Notes: a model not told the origin generated them from the sequence alone. A stretch of DNA of 64,000 bases from Dehalococcoidia bacterium (GCA_965226745.1 CBDDDS010000002.1:92801-156800), one strand, 5' to 3'; counted from the stretch's first letter, positions 9,997-20,134 are shown. Program-made: numbers and translations.

Positions 9997-10833
9997 TTGG
10001 GCCACAAAACCCATCCCGTGGGCTTTCGCCTTGGAGTGATCAAGGACTGGCAGGCCAGGTGGTTCGGTCATAGGGCCGAAGACTACCGCAAGCAGGTCCA
10101 GGAAGACCTCCGCATCCGGTCGATCATCTTCAAGAAGCTGCCGGACGCGGGCATCTCCCGCGTCGAAATCGAACGCGGGTCTCAGGAATTGGTCGTCAAC
10201 ATTCACACCGCCAGGCCCGGGATCGTCATCGGACGCGGCGGGACGAGGGTGGAGGAGTTGCGACAGGCGCTGGAAAGCCTGACCGAGAACAGGGCCCGGC
10301 TCAATGTCGTGGAGGTTCGGAACCCTGAGCTCGACGCCTATCTGGTGGCGCGTAACATCGCCGACCAGCTTGAGCGGCGCATTGCCTATCGGAGGGCGAT
10401 GCGCCAGGGTCTCACCCGCACGATGCAGGCCGGAGCCAAGGGCATCAAGATCGTGTCGTCGGGGAGGCTGGGAGGCGCCGAGATCGCCCGCCAGGAAAAG
10501 GCCATGGATGGCAGGGTGCCGCTGCACACGCTTCGGGCGGACATTGACTTCGCCATCGCCGAGGCCCGGACCCAGATGGGGGTGGTCGGAGTGAAGGTGT
10601 GGATCTACAAGGGCGACATCCTGCCAGCGCTTGACGTCGCTGAAGAGGACATGGCGCCCATCGAGTTCCAGGTCGTGGACGAGGGCGATGAGGGAGTTGC
10701 GGCGGAAGAGGGCGGGATGGCGCCTGTAGCGGCGTCTCCACCTGGGGCCGCAGCAGACCCGCCGGTTGCTGGCCAGCCCGCGGCGGAACCGGCGTCCCCT
10801 GCCCCACAGGCGGCGGACGGAGAAAAGACATAG
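9997..10833 (+). CDS. rpsC: 30S ribosomal protein S3 with ~70-aa Ala/Glu/Pro-rich C-terminal extension
   Basis: 278 aa, TTG start. [23 protein letters not shown]... The tail is ...[25 protein letters not shown]...[11 protein letters not shown]. Confidence 0.96.
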   Translation: MGHKTHPVGFRLGVIKDWQARWFGHRAEDYRKQVQEDLRIRSIIFKKLPDAGISRVEIERGSQELVVNIHTARPGIVIGRGGTRVEELRQALESLTENRARLNVVEVRNPELDAYLVARNIADQLERRIAYRRAMRQGLTRTMQAGAKGIKIVSSGRLGGAEIARQEKAMDGRVPLHTLRADIDFAIAEARTQMGVVGVKVWIYKGDILPALDVAEEDMAPIEFQVVDEGDEGVAAEEGGMAPVAASPPGAAADPPVAGQPAAEPASPAPQAADGEKT

Positions 10834-10843
10834 GAGAGCGGAG

Positions 10844-11284
10844 ATGCTTCAACCAAGGAGGATCAAGTACCGAAAGATGCACCGCGGCCGTCGCCGGGGC
10901 AAGGCTCAGGGCGGCAACCAGGTCGACTTCGGTGAATTCGGTATGAAGGCCATGGGCGTCACGTGGCTCACGGCTCGGCAGATCGAAGCGGCTCGGCGGG
11001 CCATCGTGAGGCACCTCCGCCGGGGCGGGCAGCTCTGGATACGCGTATTCCCGGACAAGCCGATCACCGAGAAGCCGCTAGAAACACGGATGGGCAGCGG
11101 CAAGGGCAACGTGGAAGGCTGGGTGGCCGTGGTCAAGCCGGGAAGGATACTGTTTGAATTGGCGGGCGTCAGGGAAGACGTGGCCAAAGAAGCGTTTCGC
11201 AAGGCTTCCCACAAGCTGCCCATTGACGTCCGCATGGTGTTCCGCGAGGAGACGATCGAAAGCGGTGCCGGCGCGCCTCTCTAG
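10844..11284 (+). CDS. rplP: 50S ribosomal protein L16
   Basis: Track ORF 10766-11284 trimmed to ATG 10844 ([19 protein letters not shown]...), with GGAGAG just upstream. Confidence 0.95.
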   Translation: MLQPRRIKYRKMHRGRRRGKAQGGNQVDFGEFGMKAMGVTWLTARQIEAARRAIVRHLRRGGQLWIRVFPDKPITEKPLETRMGSGKGNVEGWVAVVKPGRILFELAGVREDVAKEAFRKASHKLPIDVRMVFREETIESGAGAPL

Positions 11285-11306
11285 CACAAAGGGATAGCGA
11301 TACGAA

Positions 11307-11516
11307 ATGGCAAAACTAAGGGCAAGTGAGCTGAGGCAGTTGAACGATAAGGAGTTGGCGGACGAGCTTGTGGAGTCGCGTCGCTCCCTGCTGAACCTCC
11401 GCTTCAGAAAGGCAACGATGCAGTTGGACAACGTTAACGAGGTGGGCCAGGCCCGGAAAAAGGTGGCCCAGCTTCTCACCATCATCCAAGAGCGGCGGCT
11501 CGTAAGCGAGAGCTAG
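11307..11516 (+). CDS. rpmC: 50S ribosomal protein L29
   Basis: 69 aa. ...[28 protein letters not shown]... Confidence 0.95.
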   Translation: MAKLRASELRQLNDKELADELVESRRSLLNLRFRKATMQLDNVNEVGQARKKVAQLLTIIQERRLVSES

Positions 11517-11518
11517 TA

Positions 11519-12391
11519 ATGGCGAACCGAAGAACCCGCGTTGGGCGGGTGATCAGAGACAAGATGGAAAAGACCGTCATTGTGGCGGTGGAGCGGCGGA
11601 AGACGCACCCGGTGTACCGGAAGACCGTCAGACGGCTGACGAAGTTCGCGGCGCATGCGGAGAGCGGCGTTTGCTCCGTAGGGGACCTCGTCCGCATCGA
11701 GGAGACGCGGCCACTGTCGCGCTCCAAGCGCTGGCGGGTCATAGAGGTCCTGGAGCGCAAGGCGATCCCGGTGGCAGCCACTGTGGAGGCGGCAGTGCAA
11801 GAGGCCGTCGCCCCGCCAACGAATGCGCCGGTGGTTGCCCAGGAAACTCCCGCGGCTGAGGCAGTTCCCGCTGAGGTGGCTGAGGCAAAGGTAGTCGTTG
11901 AGGAGGCGCCGTCGGACGAGCCGGTGGCTGAGGTGGAAGCGCCCGTTGAGGAGGCTTCGTCGGGCGAGCCGGTAGCAGAGACGGAGGCGTCCGCTGAGGA
12001 GACGCTGTCGGACGAGCCGGTAGCTGAGGTGGAAGCGCCTGCTGAGGAGGCTTCGTCGGACGAGCCGGTAGCAGAGGCGGAGGCGCCTGCTGAGGAGGCT
12101 TCGTCGGACGAGCCGGCAGTTGAGGTGGAAGCGCCCGCTGAGGAGGCTTCGTCGGACGAGCCGGCAGCTGAGGTGGAAGCGCCCGCTGAGGAGGCTTCGT
12201 CGGACGAACCGGTAGCTGAGGTGGAAGCGTCCGTTGAAGAGGCTTCGTCGGACGAACCGGTAGCTGAGGCGGAGGCGCCCGCTGAGGAGGCTTCGTCGGA
12301 CGAGCCGGCAGTTGAGGTGGAAGCGCCCGCTGAGGAGGCTTCGTCGGAATCCAGTGAATTCGGGCGGGACGAGCCGGAGAGGGCCCGATGA
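11519..12391 (+). CDS. rpsQ: 30S ribosomal protein S17 with ~200-aa acidic tandem-repeat C-terminal extension
   Basis: 290 aa. The S17 core ([35 protein letters not shown]...[11 protein letters not shown]) is about 85 aa. It is followed without a stop by repeats of [16 protein letters not shown]. The stop overlaps the rplN start (ATGA). Confidence 0.9.
   Translation: MANRRTRVGRVIRDKMEKTVIVAVERRKTHPVYRKTVRRLTKFAAHAESGVCSVGDLVRIEETRPLSRSKRWRVIEVLERKAIPVAATVEAAVQEAVAPPTNAPVVAQETPAAEAVPAEVAEAKVVVEEAPSDEPVAEVEAPVEEASSGEPVAETEASAEETLSDEPVAEVEAPAEEASSDEPVAEAEAPAEEASSDEPAVEVEAPAEEASSDEPAAEVEAPAEEASSDEPVAEVEASVEEASSDEPVAEAEAPAEEASSDEPAVEVEAPAEEASSESSEFGRDEPERAR
11897..12348 (+). repeat. Coding tandem repeat, 48-bp unit x ~9.4 (16-aa unit [16 protein letters not shown])
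   Basis: Direct reading: gaggaggcttcgtcgg recurs 7 times at 48-bp spacing, and the units are near-identical. Confidence 0.9.
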
Positions 12392-12756
12392 TCCAGCCCC
12401 AGACTCGTCTGCGAGTAGCCGATAACTCCGGCGCCAAGGTCATCATGTGCATCAACGTTCCGGGCGGCACGCGAAGACGCTACGCCCGGGTCGGCGACAT
12501 CATCGTTGCGTCCGTGAAGGAGGCCATCCCCAACTCGGCGGTGCCCAAGGGGGAGGTCATCCGAGCCGTCATCGTGCGGACCACCAACCCTACCCGACGG
12601 CCCGACGGCACCTACATCCGCTTCGACGACAACGCGGCGGTGGTGCTGTCCGACCAGCATAATCCGAGGGGAACCCGTATATTCGGGCCCGTCGCTCGAG
12701 AGCTGCGAGAGAAGGCATTCACGCGCATTGTTTCCCTGGCGCCGGAGGTGCTCTAG
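12388..12756 (+). CDS. rplN: 50S ribosomal protein L14
   Basis: 122 aa. [22 protein letters not shown]... Confidence 0.98.
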   Translation: MIQPQTRLRVADNSGAKVIMCINVPGGTRRRYARVGDIIVASVKEAIPNSAVPKGEVIRAVIVRTTNPTRRPDGTYIRFDDNAAVVLSDQHNPRGTRIFGPVARELREKAFTRIVSLAPEVL

Positions 12757-12757
12757 C

Positions 12758-13075
12758 ATGGCGGCGAAGATTCGAAAGGGAGACACGGTGGAGGTCATGC
12801 GGGGCAAGGACCGGGGCAAGCGGGGCGCCGTTCAGGGAGTGGACCCCAAGAACGGTCTGGTCATGGTGGAGGGGCTCAACCAGGTTACGAAGCACGTGCG
12901 CCCCAACCCTAGGTTGCGCCAGGCCGGACGGATTACCAGCGAAATGCCGCTGCCTGTTGGCAACGTCCGGTTCGTATGCGTCAATTGCGAAAAGGCCGTC
13001 CGGGTGGGTTTTCAGCTGCTCGACGATGGAACTAAGGTCCGGGTGTGCAAACATTGTGGCGAGTCGGTGGAGTAA
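12758..13075 (+). CDS. rplX: 50S ribosomal protein L24
   Basis: Track ORF trimmed to ATG 12758 ([26 protein letters not shown] motif), starting right after the rplN stop. Confidence 0.95.
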   Translation: MAAKIRKGDTVEVMRGKDRGKRGAVQGVDPKNGLVMVEGLNQVTKHVRPNPRLRQAGRITSEMPLPVGNVRFVCVNCEKAVRVGFQLLDDGTKVRVCKHCGESVE

Positions 13076-13785
13076 TGGACGACAACGAAGTTCAACAGCC
13101 AGAGGAGGCCGCCAAGGCCGAACAGCCCGCGGCCCAAGAGAAAGCGCCGGCGGCACCCCGCCAACAGCGGGCGAAGGGCCGGCGTCAGCAACCCAAGGCC
13201 GCGGCTGAGGACGGCAACGCAGCGGCGGAGCCGCCCCCCAGCAGGCCCAGGATGTTGGAGCGCTATCGCCAGGACGTGGCCCCTGCGATGGTCCGCGACT
13301 TCAGCTACGGCAACGTGATGGAGATTCCGCGGGTCACCAAGGTGGTGGTCAATGTGGGGTTGGGCGAGAGCCTCCTGAATCCGCGGGCGCTTGAAGCAGC
13401 AATGGGGGACCTCACGGCCATTGTTGGCCAACGGCCCGTCACGACCAAGGCTCGGAAGTCAATCGCTGGATTCAAGCTGCGCAAGGGCATGACCATCGGG
13501 GCGATGGTGACGTTGAGGGGCAGGCGGATGTGGGAGTTCCTGGACAGGCTCATCAATGTGGCCCTGCCCAGGATCCGCGACTTCCGCGGTATATCCCGCC
13601 ATAGCTTCGACGGCCGGGGCAACTTCTCGCTGGGACTGCGCGAGCAAGTCATTTTCCCCGAGATCGACTACAACTTGGTGGACCGGCTGCGCGGCCTGCA
13701 GATCGCCATCGTCACCACGGCAAAGACCGACGAGGAGAGCTTGCGGCTGCTGGAGCATCTGGGCATGCCGTTCAGCAAGAACTGA
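13075..13785 (+). CDS. rplE: 50S ribosomal protein L5, possibly with a 59-aa N-terminal extension (alternative start ATG 13252)
   Basis: L5 core: [36 protein letters not shown]... An in-frame ATG at 13075 overlaps the rplX stop (TAATG) and adds [41 protein letters not shown]... Confidence 0.85.
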   Translation: MDDNEVQQPEEAAKAEQPAAQEKAPAAPRQQRAKGRRQQPKAAAEDGNAAAEPPPSRPRMLERYRQDVAPAMVRDFSYGNVMEIPRVTKVVVNVGLGESLLNPRALEAAMGDLTAIVGQRPVTTKARKSIAGFKLRKGMTIGAMVTLRGRRMWEFLDRLINVALPRIRDFRGISRHSFDGRGNFSLGLREQVIFPEIDYNLVDRLRGLQIAIVTTAKTDEESLRLLEHLGMPFSKN

Positions 13786-13825
13786 TACCGCCTCCAACGC
13801 GGAGGCCGGACCAACGGGAGGATGC

Positions 13826-14011
13826 GTGGCCAAGGTTTCGAAGGTCGTCAAAGACCGCAAGGTGCCGAAGTTTTCGACGCGGCAGCATAATCGGTGCAAT
13901 CGCTGTGGCCGTCCCAAGGCCTACATAAGGCACTTCGGGTTGTGCCGCATTTGCTTCCGGCAGTTAGCGCTCCGCGGGGAGTTGCCGGGTATTAGAAAGG
14001 CAAGCTGGTAA
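13826..14011 (+). CDS. rpsN: 30S ribosomal protein S14, zinc-binding type Z (61 aa)
   Basis: GTG start inside track ORF 13556-14011: [61 protein letters not shown]. It has the CxxC...CxxC motif. Confidence 0.93.
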   Translation: MAKVSKVVKDRKVPKFSTRQHNRCNRCGRPKAYIRHFGLCRICFRQLALRGELPGIRKASW

Positions 14012-14042
14012 TTGGGCCTCAGGCCCAGAAGCAGGAAGGGAA

Positions 14043-14444
14043 ATGTCAGTAAGCGACCCCATAGCCGATATGTTGACCAGGATTCGCAATAGCGTCATGG
14101 CCCGCCACGACGCCGTGCTCGTCCCGGCCTCCAAGCCGAAGATAGCCCTGGCTCGAATCCTGAAGGAGGAGAGCTTCATCAGGGACTACGAGGTGGTGCG
14201 GGGGCCCACGCCGCAGAAGTTGATACGGGTATTCCTTCGCTACTACGAGGATAAGCGGCCCGCGATTGCGGGCCTGCGCAGGGTCAGTAAGCCCGGCCTC
14301 CGCGTCTACGTGGCGAAGCATGAGATACCCAGACACTACGGTGGGCTCGGTATCTCCATTGTGTCCACTCCTGAGGGCATGATGCCCGGCCAGGAGGCGT
14401 GGAAGAAGGGCATTGGCGGCGAGCTAATGTGCTACGTCTGGTAG
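14043..14444 (+). CDS. rpsH: 30S ribosomal protein S8
   Basis: 133 aa. MSVSDPIADMLTRIRNS... Confidence 0.97.
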   Translation: MSVSDPIADMLTRIRNSVMARHDAVLVPASKPKIALARILKEESFIRDYEVVRGPTPQKLIRVFLRYYEDKRPAIAGLRRVSKPGLRVYVAKHEIPRHYGGLGISIVSTPEGMMPGQEAWKKGIGGELMCYVW

Positions 14445-14454
14445 GAGTTCCTCT

Positions 14455-15003
14455 ATGTCGAGAATTGGACGAAAACCCATTCCCGTGCCTGGCAACGTCG
14501 ACGTGCAAATCGCCGGCAGCAGCGTCACGGTCAAAGGTCCATTGGGGACGCTGTTCCGGGAGTTTCACCCGGACATGGGCATTGCCCCCGCCGACGGGAC
14601 CCTCGTGGTCACCCGGCCCACCGACCACCGGTTTCACCGGTCGCTCCATGGTCTGACGCGGGCGCTGCTGAGCAACATGGTGGTGGGCGTGAGCGACGGC
14701 TTCACCAAGGTCATCGAAATGGTGGGCGTGGGGTATCGGGCCCAGCAGCAGGGACAGGGGATCAGCCTGGCGGCGGGATTCACGCACACGGTGGAGATCC
14801 AACCCGACCCCGGCGTCACCCTGACCGTTGAGGGCAACAATCGCATCCTAGTTCAGGGCAGCGACCGCGAGTCCGTGGGACACCAGGCCGCCCGGATAAG
14901 GGCCATACGGCCCCCCAACCGGTACACCGGGAAGGGCATCCGCTACTCCGGCGAGGTGGTGCGGCTCAAGGCGGGTAAAGCTGCAGCAGGAAGGAAACGC
15001 TAG
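14455..15003 (+). CDS. rplF: 50S ribosomal protein L6
   Basis: 182 aa. [19 protein letters not shown]... Confidence 0.97.
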   Translation: MSRIGRKPIPVPGNVDVQIAGSSVTVKGPLGTLFREFHPDMGIAPADGTLVVTRPTDHRFHRSLHGLTRALLSNMVVGVSDGFTKVIEMVGVGYRAQQQGQGISLAAGFTHTVEIQPDPGVTLTVEGNNRILVQGSDRESVGHQAARIRAIRPPNRYTGKGIRYSGEVVRLKAGKAAAGRKR

Positions 15004-15004
15004 C

Positions 15005-15373
15005 ATGGCTGAGATCAAGAATACGCGCCTGCAACGGATTCGGCGTCACAAGCGCGTTCGCCGCAAGGTTGGCGGCAACGCGGAACGCCCTCGTTTGGCG
15101 GTCTTTCGCAGCCTTCGGCACGTCTACGCACAGGTGATCGACGACAGCCAGGGCAAGACGCTCACCGCGGCCTCCAGCATGGAGCCCGAGGTGCGCTCGC
15201 AGGCCTCGGGCAAGTCCAAGGCGGAAGTCTCCAAGATCGTGGGGGCTCTCGTGGCCCGCAGGGCCAAGGGAGCCGGCATTGCTAAGGTCGTGTTCGACCG
15301 AGGGGGATATAAGTACCACGGTCGAGTGAAGGCTTTGGCGGATTCAGCGCGCCAGGAGGGCTTGATAATTTAG
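15005..15373 (+). CDS. rplR: 50S ribosomal protein L18
   Basis: 122 aa. ...[20 protein letters not shown]... Confidence 0.96.
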   Translation: MAEIKNTRLQRIRRHKRVRRKVGGNAERPRLAVFRSLRHVYAQVIDDSQGKTLTAASSMEPEVRSQASGKSKAEVSKIVGALVARRAKGAGIAKVVFDRGGYKYHGRVKALADSARQEGLII

Positions 15374-15375
15374 CT

Positions 15376-16158
15376 ATGACCACCAACCAGAACCGCCAAG
15401 ACCGCGTCGACCCTTCAGACCTCAACCTCACGGAGAAGGTGGTGCAAATCCGCCGCGTGGCCAAGGTGGTCAAGGGCGGCCGGCGCCTCAGCTTTAACGC
15501 TATGGTCGTCATCGGCGATGGCGACGGACACGTGGGCATCGGACTGGGCCGGGCCACGGCTGTGCCGGACGCCGTGCGCAAGGGCACGGCAATCGCCCGC
15601 AAGAACCTCGTCCGGGTGTCCCGGCGAGGCAACACGGTGCCCCACGAGACCATTGCGCGGCACGGGCCGGCGCGGGTGCTCATAAAGCCCGCGTCCGCCG
15701 GGACCGGGATCATCGCCGGGGGCGCAGTGCGAGCCGTCCTGGAGCAGGCCGGCATCAAGGATGTGATCAGCAAGTGCCTGGGCAGCAGAAACCCCATCAA
15801 CGTAGCCAAGGCCACGGTCAATGGGCTGGCCGCCATGCGGGACCCCGCGGTTGAGCTAGCGCGCCGCAAGGGTATTTCCCTATCCGCCGCCGCCGCCGCC
15901 GCCATCAGGGTGCCCGCGCCTGAGGTGGTGGCCCCGCGGGAGGTCGCTCTGCCAGACGAACCCGCTCCGCAGCCGTCTGCCGAGGCGAATGCCGCCGGAG
16001 CGCCGACCGCCGCAGTTGGGGAGACCCCGGCGGGAGAGGAAGCGGCGTCCACAGGCCCCGCCCGGGAAACCAGGCCGGAGCAACGCATATTCTCGCCCGA
16101 AGACGATTCCAGCGAGGGAGTCCCCGCGGCGGAAGCCGGAGGGGATGCCTCCTCCTAG
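15376..16158 (+). CDS. rpsE: 30S ribosomal protein S5 with ~90-aa Ala/Pro/Glu-rich C-terminal extension
   Basis: 260 aa. The core ...VVQIRRVAKVVKGGRRLSFNAMVVIGDGDGHVGIGLG... is about 168 aa. The tail is SAAAAAAIRVPAPEVVAP...EGVPAAEAGGDASS. Confidence 0.95.
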   Translation: MTTNQNRQDRVDPSDLNLTEKVVQIRRVAKVVKGGRRLSFNAMVVIGDGDGHVGIGLGRATAVPDAVRKGTAIARKNLVRVSRRGNTVPHETIARHGPARVLIKPASAGTGIIAGGAVRAVLEQAGIKDVISKCLGSRNPINVAKATVNGLAAMRDPAVELARRKGISLSAAAAAAIRVPAPEVVAPREVALPDEPAPQPSAEANAAGAPTAAVGETPAGEEAASTGPARETRPEQRIFSPEDDSSEGVPAAEAGGDASS

Positions 16159-16197
16159 CCGCTGCCGCAACGCAGCAACCGGTAGGTAACCAAATTC

Positions 16198-16392
16198 ATG
16201 GCAAAGCTACGCATCACGTGGAAGAAGAGCGCCATAGGCTACAATAAGAAGCAGCGGGCCGTTGTTCAGGCTCTGGGCCTGCGGCGGCTGAACCACACCG
16301 TGGAGCACTACGACACGCCCAGCATCCGGGGTATGGCCAACAAGGTCATTCACCTCTTGCATGTCGAGGAAGTGTCCGAGGGAGAGGCCTAA
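16198..16392 (+). CDS. rpmD: 50S ribosomal protein L30
   Basis: 64 aa. MAKLRITWKKSAIGYNKKQRAVVQALGLRRLNH... Confidence 0.95.
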   Translation: MAKLRITWKKSAIGYNKKQRAVVQALGLRRLNHTVEHYDTPSIRGMANKVIHLLHVEEVSEGEA

Positions 16393-16397
16393 CCACC

Positions 16398-16847
16398 ATG
16401 CGCATGCATCAACTGCAACCGGCCAAGGGGGCCGTCCGCAAACGCCTCCGCTTGGGCCGAGGCGACGCCAGCGGCTCGGGGAGCTACTCCGGCCGCGGTA
16501 TGAAGGGGCAAAAGTCGCGCAGCGGAGGCGGCGTGCCCCCCTGGTTTGAGGGCGGCCAGCTTCCGTTGGTGAAGCGGATGCCCTATCGCCGGGGGTTTAC
16601 GAACATCTTCCGGAAGGTGTACGCCGAGGTGAACCTGGACAGGCTGGGGGACTTTCCCGCCGGCGCTGAGGTGACCCCCGACGCTCTGGTGGCGGCCCGC
16701 CTGCTGAAGAACACGCGGACACCAGTGAAGGTCATGGCCAGGGGTGACCTGGACAGGGCCTTGAACGTCTCCGCCCACCGGTTCACGGCCGCGGCAAGGG
16801 CGAAGATCGAAGCTGCTGGAGGCTCGGTAACGGAGCTCAAGGCTTAA
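16398..16847 (+). CDS. rplO: 50S ribosomal protein L15
   Basis: 149 aa. ...GRGMKGQKSRSGGGVPPWFEGGQLPL... Confidence 0.96.
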   Translation: MRMHQLQPAKGAVRKRLRLGRGDASGSGSYSGRGMKGQKSRSGGGVPPWFEGGQLPLVKRMPYRRGFTNIFRKVYAEVNLDRLGDFPAGAEVTPDALVAARLLKNTRTPVKVMARGDLDRALNVSAHRFTAAARAKIEAAGGSVTELKA

Positions 16848-18193
16848 TGCGTCCCGCAGCGGCCAGCCGGCAACAGACAGGGCGCCCTGCCCTGCTTCAG
16901 GCCATGATCGACGCCTTCAGGGTCCCTGACCTTCGGGCCAAGATCCTGTTCACGATCATGATCCTGGTGCTGTTCCGATTCATCGCCCACGTGCCGGTAC
17001 CCGGCGCCGAACGCGAGGCCTTGGCTGGCTTCTTCAACGACCCCAACAACCAGCTTTTCGGGCTGTTGGACATCTTCAGCGGCGGCGCGCTGCGTAACCT
17101 CAGCATAGCCGCCCTCGGCGTCTATCCCTATATCACGGCGTCCATCGTAATGCAGCTCATGGTCCCGGTCATTCCGGGGCTCAAGAACCTATCGCAGGAA
17201 GGTGAATGGGGCCGTCAGCGCATCAACCAGATCACGCACCTGCTGGCCGTTCCCGTGGCGATGGCCCAGGGCTACGGCCAGCTGCTCATTCTGCAACAGG
17301 CGGGCGTCTTTGGCGGGCTCTCCTTCAGCGGCGGGCAACTCCTCACCTCGATTGCCATCATTCTTGGCCTTGCCGCCGGCACTATGCTGCTCGTATGGAT
17401 GGGCGAGCTGATCACAGAACGCGGCATTGGCAACGGCATATCCCTGATCATCTTCGCCGGCGTGGTGGCGGGCTTCCCGCAGTTGATCCAGCAGGGCTAT
17501 CTAAGCAGGGGGAACCTCACCGGGCTGCTCGTCTTCGTTGCCATCGGCCTTGGGCTCATCTTTCTCATCGTTATCTTCAATGAGGCCGAGCGTCGCATCC
17601 CCGTGCAATACGGGCGCAGCGTCTTCCAAGGGGGACGCATGTACAGGCAGGGAGGGGCGACGCATCTGCCCATACGGGTCAACTCCGCCGGCATGATCCC
17701 GTTGATCTTCGCCTTTTCCGTCGTCATCCTTCCGGGCACTATCGCCAGCTACTTCGCTCAACCCGGAGACACTGCGATCATTTCCCGGGTGTCTCTGGCG
17801 ATATACAACCTTTTCAACTCCACGGGTCCGGTGTACTGGATCGCCATCTTCATCCTTGTTGTGGCCTTTGCATTCTTCTATACGATTGTCGTATTCCAAC
17901 AGCAGGACTTGGCAAAGAATCTGCAACGCAACGGTGGTTTCGTACCAGGAATCCGTCCAGGTAGACCGACCAGCGATTACCTCAACAGGATTATTTTGCG
18001 GGTCACGTGGGGCGGCGCCTTCTTCCTGGGCTTCGTGGCGGTCGCGCCCTATTTGGCCAGCCTCGTCACCAGCGTGAACGCAATCACGCTCTCCAGTACG
18101 GCCCTCCTCATCCTGGTCGGCGTGGCATTGGATACGATGCGCCAATTGGAGGCGCAATTGATGATGAGAAACTACGAAGGCTTCCTGAAATAA
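16847..18193 (+). CDS. secY: Preprotein translocase subunit SecY
   Basis: 448 aa. ...DLRAKILFTIMILVLFRFIAHVPVPG..., a multi-pass membrane protein. The ATG overlaps the rplO stop (TAATG). Met20 is an alternative start. Confidence 0.95.
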   Translation: MRPAAASRQQTGRPALLQAMIDAFRVPDLRAKILFTIMILVLFRFIAHVPVPGAEREALAGFFNDPNNQLFGLLDIFSGGALRNLSIAALGVYPYITASIVMQLMVPVIPGLKNLSQEGEWGRQRINQITHLLAVPVAMAQGYGQLLILQQAGVFGGLSFSGGQLLTSIAIILGLAAGTMLLVWMGELITERGIGNGISLIIFAGVVAGFPQLIQQGYLSRGNLTGLLVFVAIGLGLIFLIVIFNEAERRIPVQYGRSVFQGGRMYRQGGATHLPIRVNSAGMIPLIFAFSVVILPGTIASYFAQPGDTAIISRVSLAIYNLFNSTGPVYWIAIFILVVAFAFFYTIVVFQQQDLAKNLQRNGGFVPGIRPGRPTSDYLNRIILRVTWGGAFFLGFVAVAPYLASLVTSVNAITLSSTALLILVGVALDTMRQLEAQLMMRNYEGFLK

Positions 18194-18196
18194 CGC

Positions 18197-18838
18197 ATGC
18201 GAGTACTTTTGCTAGGGCCCCCGGGGGCCGGAAAGGGCACCCAGGCCGGAACCGTGGCTGAGAAGCTGGGCGCGCCCCATGTCGCCACGGGCGACATCTT
18301 TCGAGAGAACGTTGGCCAAGCCACCGGGTTGGGGATCCTGGCCAAGCAGTACATGGATCAAGGCCAGCTCGTTCCTGACGATGTCACCATCGCCATGGTG
18401 CTGGATCGCTTGGCCCGCGACGATTGCGCCGAAGGCGTGGTACTAGACGGCTTCCCGCGCACCATCGCTCAGGCGGAGGCTTTGGACCTAGCCCTTGCAG
18501 CCAAGGGCCAGCAGATTGATCGAGCGCTGCTTATTGAGGTTTCCGAGGACGAGTTGGTGAGCCGACTCAGCGGGCGCAGGGTATGCCCAGGTTGCCAGCA
18601 CTCCTACCACGTGGTGGAGGCGCCTCCAGGGTTCGAGGACGTTTGCGACGATTGCGGCGGCAGGCTGGAGCAGCGGCCCGACGACGCGCCGGACAAGATA
18701 CGGGTCCGGTTCCAGGTGTACGCGGACCAGACGGCCCCGCTCGTTGGGTATTTTGAGACGCAGGGCAAGCTGACGAGAATCAACGGAGAGCAGCCGATCG
18801 AAGCAGTGACCCGCGACCTCGCGGCATCACTGCTTTGA
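18197..18838 (+). CDS. adk: Adenylate kinase (zinc-lid type)
   Basis: 213 aa. GPPGAGKGTQ P-loop; the lid carries CPGC...CDDC. Confidence 0.96.
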   Translation: MRVLLLGPPGAGKGTQAGTVAEKLGAPHVATGDIFRENVGQATGLGILAKQYMDQGQLVPDDVTIAMVLDRLARDDCAEGVVLDGFPRTIAQAEALDLALAAKGQQIDRALLIEVSEDELVSRLSGRRVCPGCQHSYHVVEAPPGFEDVCDDCGGRLEQRPDDAPDKIRVRFQVYADQTAPLVGYFETQGKLTRINGEQPIEAVTRDLAASLL

Positions 18839-18958
18839 GGCATAGAGCATTGCCCCATCACAGCCACGGCGCTCACGAGGGAACGTCGCGGAGCTCATGC
18901 AGCGGTTGGGACCAGCGCCGGGGAAATAGGGCTCGGCAAGCGGTCCATCGGTTGGGCT

Positions 18959-18987
18959 TTGGACTTTCCAGCAGGAACGAGTACAAT
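18959..18987 (+). promoter_or_regulatory. Candidate internal promoter TTGGAC-17 nt-TACAAT ahead of map
   Basis: The hexamers lie in the 208-nt adk-map gap. A GC-rich hairpin (18998-19038) follows. Confidence 0.4.
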
Positions 18988-19046
18988 AGAAAGCAGGCAT
19001 CCCCGCCCGCAGCGGCAAGGCAGCGCCGGCGGGGTATGTTGACGTT

Positions 19047-19862
19047 ATGAACAACAGCTTCGTTTTTACCGCCGCGGCGGACCAACAGCAGGATGGGATA
19101 ACCATCAAATCGGCCCGCGAGCTCAACGCCATGCGGCAGGCTGGGCGCGTCGTAGCATGGACGGTTGAGACCCTCCTTGCCGCTGTCCGGCCCGGCATAA
19201 CCACAGGGGAGTTGGATGGCGTGGCGCGCCGGGAGATAGCCCGGCACGGGGCAGCGCCGTCATTCCTGGGCTACCGGGGATTCCCCGCCACGATCTGCAC
19301 GTCGCTGAACGAGGAGATCGTACACGGCATTCCCGGCGACCGCGTCCTGCAGGAGGGAGACCTCATAAAGCTGGATTGCGGCGCCATCGTCGACGGCGTC
19401 CACGCCGACTCGGCGGTAACCGTGGGTGTTGGCAGCGTCACGGCAGGGCAAGAGGAGTTGCTGCGGGTTACGCGCAACAGCCTGGAGGCAGGCATCAGCG
19501 CCAGCCGAGGCGGTGCCCGCGTCGGGGACATTGGGATCGCTGTGGAGGGCTACGTTGCCACGCAGGGGGACTACGGGGTCGTCAGGGAATACGTGGGGCA
19601 CGGGATTGGGCGGCGCTTGCACGAAGAACCACAGGTGCCCAATTACGCCCAGCCCTCCAGGGGTTCCCTGCTCAGGCCCGGAATGGCCTTGGCCATCGAG
19701 CCGATGGTGAATCTGGGCACGTGGCGCACAAGGGTGCTCGACGATGGATGGACGGTGCTGACGGCGGACGGAAAGCTGTCGGCCCATTTCGAACACACGA
19801 TGATTATTACGGACGGCGAGGCGGAGGTAGTGACCCGCCGCCAAGATGAGGGAACGCTCTAG
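19047..19862 (+). CDS. map: Methionine aminopeptidase type I
   Basis: 271 aa. ...ITIKSARELNAMRQAGRVVA..., DCGAIVDGVHADS, GHGIG, AIEPM. Confidence 0.93.
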   Translation: MNNSFVFTAAADQQQDGITIKSARELNAMRQAGRVVAWTVETLLAAVRPGITTGELDGVARREIARHGAAPSFLGYRGFPATICTSLNEEIVHGIPGDRVLQEGDLIKLDCGAIVDGVHADSAVTVGVGSVTAGQEELLRVTRNSLEAGISASRGGARVGDIGIAVEGYVATQGDYGVVREYVGHGIGRRLHEEPQVPNYAQPSRGSLLRPGMALAIEPMVNLGTWRTRVLDDGWTVLTADGKLSAHFEHTMIITDGEAEVVTRRQDEGTL

Positions 19863-19877
19863 ACGGCAAGGAGGTCG

Positions 19878-20096
19878 ATGGCGAAGAAGGAGAGCATTGA
19901 AGTTGAGGGGTTGGTCAAGGAGGCGTTGCCCAACGCTTCCTTCCGCGTAGAGTTGGCCAATGGGCACCTGGTTCTGGCCCATGCCTCCGGTAAGATACGT
20001 CTCCACTTCATCCGGGTTCTGCCTGGCGACCGCGTCCTAGTGGAACTCTCTCCCTACGACCTCACCCGCGGCCGAATCACCTACCGGTTCAAGTAG
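19878..20096 (+). CDS. infA: Translation initiation factor IF-1
   Basis: 72 aa. [30 protein letters not shown]... Confidence 0.97.
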   Translation: MAKKESIEVEGLVKEALPNASFRVELANGHLVLAHASGKIRLHFIRVLPGDRVLVELSPYDLTRGRITYRFK

Positions 20097-20134
20097 GCGT
20101 TGCGTCCCGACAGCCACTGAAAGGAACTACTGCT

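Noticed and set aside
11897-12348. Possible CRISPR array (regular 48-bp periodicity here; 11-bp periodicity at 51340-51427).
   Set aside because: The units are contiguous with no unique spacers. The 48-bp block is in frame inside rpsQ, and the 11-bp unit is far too short. No cas genes are present in the window.
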